NCBI GenBank assembly: GCA_029953675.1
Contig: JAMWBK010000010.1
Coordinates: 1,612,001 to 1,676,000 of the forward strand
Source: Rhodosorus marinus CCMP1338
Taxonomy: Eukaryota > Plantae > Rhodophyta
Length of the DNA stretch: 64,000 bases
Direction: 5' to 3'
Numbering within the stretch: position 1 is the stretch's first letter; every line of letters begins with the position of its first letter. A program made the position numbers and the translations under genes. The notes under the pieces are model-generated. The model was given only the letters and a program-made list of their open reading frames with translations, had not been told where the DNA came from and made no database searches. Shown here piece after piece: positions 61,001-64,000 of the stretch.

Positions 61001-63578
61001 GAGGTATTCTTGGACCGTCCGGAGTTGGCCAGGTTTCGCATCGATCTGACGCTCAGTGAGTCTGACCTGGAGGATTTGCTTCGTACCTCGCGTCGGGGAC
61101 GCTGTCCCGGACCCTCCGGACTAAGAACAGAGCTATTGCAGGCCCTGAGCCAGCCTGGCCAGAGCGCGCTTCTGAGGATCCTTAACAAGTTGTTCCAGGG
61201 CGTATCGGGTGCGTCTGCGCCATGGGAACATCTCCGGCAGGCACAGCTTTGCTTGCTCACGAAACCTGACCACCAGCCGGCCCTGCCCACCCGCGTCTCC
61301 GGCCGATCGGGATGGTGGAGAGCCTACGGAAGTTAGCCGGGAGGTGGCTATGCCAGCGCCTTCGCCAGCGCGTCACAGCTTTTATGGCGCCCTTGCAAGT
61401 AGGGGTGGGATTTTCTGGGGGTTGCGAACTGATCACCCATGGGATCGAGCTAGAACGCGCCAGTAGGCCGGAGTGGGGAGTCTTGGTGGTTGATTTCCGG
61501 AACGCATTCAACAGCGTGTCGCGGACGCATGCGCTAGAGGTGCTCCGACGTGTGTTTCCGGAGGCGTGGCCGTTTCTATTGGGTATTTACGGAGGGGAGA
61601 GCCTCCCCTACTTGACAACGGAGGGCACTGTTTTTCAAGCACATACTGGCGTCCAACAAGGCGAGCCTTGCGGAGCTCTTCTTCATGCCTGTGCCCTACA
61701 GCTCATACTTTTACGTCTTTCGACTGAGGTCTCGGATCTTCGAATCTGCGCGTACCACGATGACGTAACATTGCTGGGCACCCCTGACACCCTGGCTAGG
61801 GGACTGACCGCGATCGAAGCGATTGCACGTCGCGTCGGTTTGACTGTGGAAACAGAAAAATGTCGCTTTCTCCCCGCGAGGGACGTGTCGCTGAACTCTC
61901 TGCCACCCACTCTGCGACTAATCAGCGAACGTGAAGGGTTCGAACACCACGGCGTCGGATTGGGGACTGACAACTTTGTCCAAGCATCCTGCGAGCGAGT
62001 TTTGGCACGGCACAAGCAACTCACCGACGCCATTGAGCACCTACCCGACAGCATGCTGCAATCGGCCTGCTTGCTTTCCCGCTTTTGTGCCGGTCCCAGA
62101 CTCAACTACTGGTTGCGCAGCCTGCCTCCAGCTTGGGGCTCGTGGATCGCGGCTAAAGCCGACGAAATGACCCTGCAACACTGGGGAACGCTCTTGGATG
62201 AGCCCCTCGATCTTGAAGCTGCTCCCGACAGGGACTTAATTCGTGCACAGAGCGCTCTACCGTTGCGATTAGGGGGATTCGGCGTCGCAGACCGTGGGCT
62301 GGTATGCTCGCCAGCGGCGGTTGCCTCCTGGGCTACCGCGCTGCGAACGTTGGTGACCTTCCGGATGCGAAGTGCCTGCCTCTTGGCTCGAGCTTTGACC
62401 AACGAGGATCCAGTGACCCTGCCGCCCCCGCTTTTGACAATTTATGATGGTCTTCAACACGCGTTCAGGAGGTGCAACGCCGTGCCGGACGCAAATCGGT
62501 CCCGCTTTCGTTCCTGGAGGGAGCTGTTATGGGGACGAGCTGGAAGCGATTGAGGATTGTCCCCTCGACCGAGTTCTTGCCGATGACGGAGAGGCTAGCC
62601 CCGGGTCCCCTGTTGCAGACTACCCGGGTTTGAGCCGATTGTGGAGCTCCCGCACTGATGTGATTCAACATAGCCTCACCTGGGGCCAACACAGTGCCGC
62701 TCACACAGTCATGCTCAATTCTCCTCTCACGCCGCCTACCACTGCCGCTCGTCTCCGCGGCATGGGAGGCCACCTCTCGCACTTGTGGTTAACCACTCTA
62801 CCGTCGTCATTGAGTCATCGTCTCGATGCTTTCCAGTTCCGTTCTGCCGCACGCATCTATCTCGGTTTGCCACAGGCTCCGTGGCACTCTAATCGGCCGT
62901 CTTTCTGTCAGGGATGTGAGAGCCGGATTGACGCTTGTGGCTACCACTTCCTGGGTTCCTGCGGACTGTTGCGAGGTCTCCGTACGAGGCGTCACACTCG
63001 CCTCAAGTACATCCTCAGCGAATCTTTGACTCGGATAGGGCATACGGTTGAGGTTGAGTCGGAACTGCCCAGATCCATCTCGGACTCTGCACCGCCCCGT
63101 TGTATAGCCGATCTCCTCGTCTCCGACGCTGCTGCCAGACGCTCAACATATGTGGACCTTGCGATTACCTGCCCCGTGGCCAGCGCCCACCTCACCGCAG
63201 CCGCCCGCCGCCGGGGGGCCGCGGCTTCAGCCCTTCGAAGAGTTAAGGAACGACGGTATGCTGAGAGCATGGCCAGTCTGCCTTGCGCTGAGGGTCGCTC
63301 TCACCGGTTCCAGCCATTCATTGTGGAAAGCTTTGGTCACGTCGATAAGTCGGGTTTAGAGTGGTTGCGGAAATGTTTTGCTGAGCATCCTACTGAATAT
63401 TTGGCGCTCTTGAGGCGTTTAAGTGTCTCCCTTTGGCGATATTCCAGCGACATGCTTTCCGAGGCGCGCCATCGGCGCCTGGGGTTGCATGCTTCCCTCC
63501 CTAGTTATTAGTTCATCTTCACGCCTTGCGTAGCGCTTCAGGCTATGCTAGTAAAGTCCAGTCCAGTAAAGTCCAGTA
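58081..63578 (+). mobile_element. Near full-length two-ORF RLE (CRE-clade-like) non-LTR retrotransposon, family 1; 5' end uncertain (58081-58975)
   Basis: ORF1 58975-60402 (one TAG at 59842). ORF2 60434-63511 (2 frameshifts) has RPIGMVE, QVGVG, DFRNAFNS, GVQQGEP, AYHDD, LPLRLGGFG, CQGC..GYHFLGSC, RH, ADL..YVDLAIT and FIVESFG. Tail (CAGTAAAGTC)-like repeats. Confidence 0.9.
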
Positions 63579-64000
63579 TGAGGGGGGAAAGAACGAAGTC
63601 CCCAACGTAGTCCCTAGCCTCGGTTTTCAACGGCTTTGCTTTAGGTAAATGGATACTGCAGGGGAAAACATTCCATCCGCATTTCATGTCGCTCTCCCCC
63701 CACCCCAGACTGATATTCAATTTTGTCCTGCGAAGCGCCTAACGGCCATGATGCAATGATACTCCCCCCTTATAAACCGTTTGTCTCCAATCGTTGCTTG
63801 CCGGTTTAGGTTTCTAGCTGTAGAGTATGCATTTGGATGCTGGAGGCGGGATCTTCGTTGTGCTTTGCTTAGCCTGCTTTTTCCGCTCACATGTCTTTGT
63901 TTCAGTCCCCGAGGAGACTGAAAATCCATTTCATTTGTTCTTGGAACAAAAAAAAAACGCCGACGACGGCAAAAAGCCGTTGGCGCAAAAAAGCCCGTTG

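Noticed and set aside
49800-63600. Strict sequence-specific target for family 1
   Set aside because: Sequences after the three independent tails (TGCGGG, AGATCAC, TGAGGG) share no clear consensus, and no TSD was found for the long copy.

Overview
Gene-dense eukaryotic nuclear DNA, most likely from a red alga. This is an inference from a red-type LHC gene with an MNAF- transit peptide, plastid-targeted HAT proteins and short GT-AG introns. About 15 host genes are recognisable: AIP1/WDR1, a HEAT-repeat protein, two HAT/TPR plastid RNA factors (one HCF107/MBB1-like), a DoxX/TMEM35-like protein, a CinA-like/nucleotidyltransferase fusion, COA6, COX4-like, PCF11-like, an RHD3/Sey1-like protein with a degenerate P-loop, a small complex I-like subunit, LHCR and an A20/AN1 protein. 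Two transposon nests interrupt them. Nest 1 (about 13-21 kb) is an AT-rich element studded with TCCGATA/TATCGGA motifs. It carries two Ty3/Gypsy insertions, each containing an independent fold-back inverted repeat of integrase sequence. Nest 2 (about 42.5-63.6 kb) holds two families of two-ORF, RLE-type (CRE-clade-like) non-LTR retrotransposons with non-poly(A) tails, nested and in tandem, plus a young full-length chromovirus. The most unusual observations: (i) the chromovirus LTRs end TG...AA; (ii) its primer-binding site is folded into a conserved hairpin with a downstream ...GAG(GA)ACCA complement, possibly a new self-priming or PBS-masking device; (iii) two integrase hairpins that could be siRNA 'killer' loci; (iv) a 184-bp piece of the neighbouring HCF107 gene pasted into a dead RT gene; (v) a template-jump tandem insertion under one TSD. 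All calls come from reading the sequence and recalled motifs; no database searches were run.
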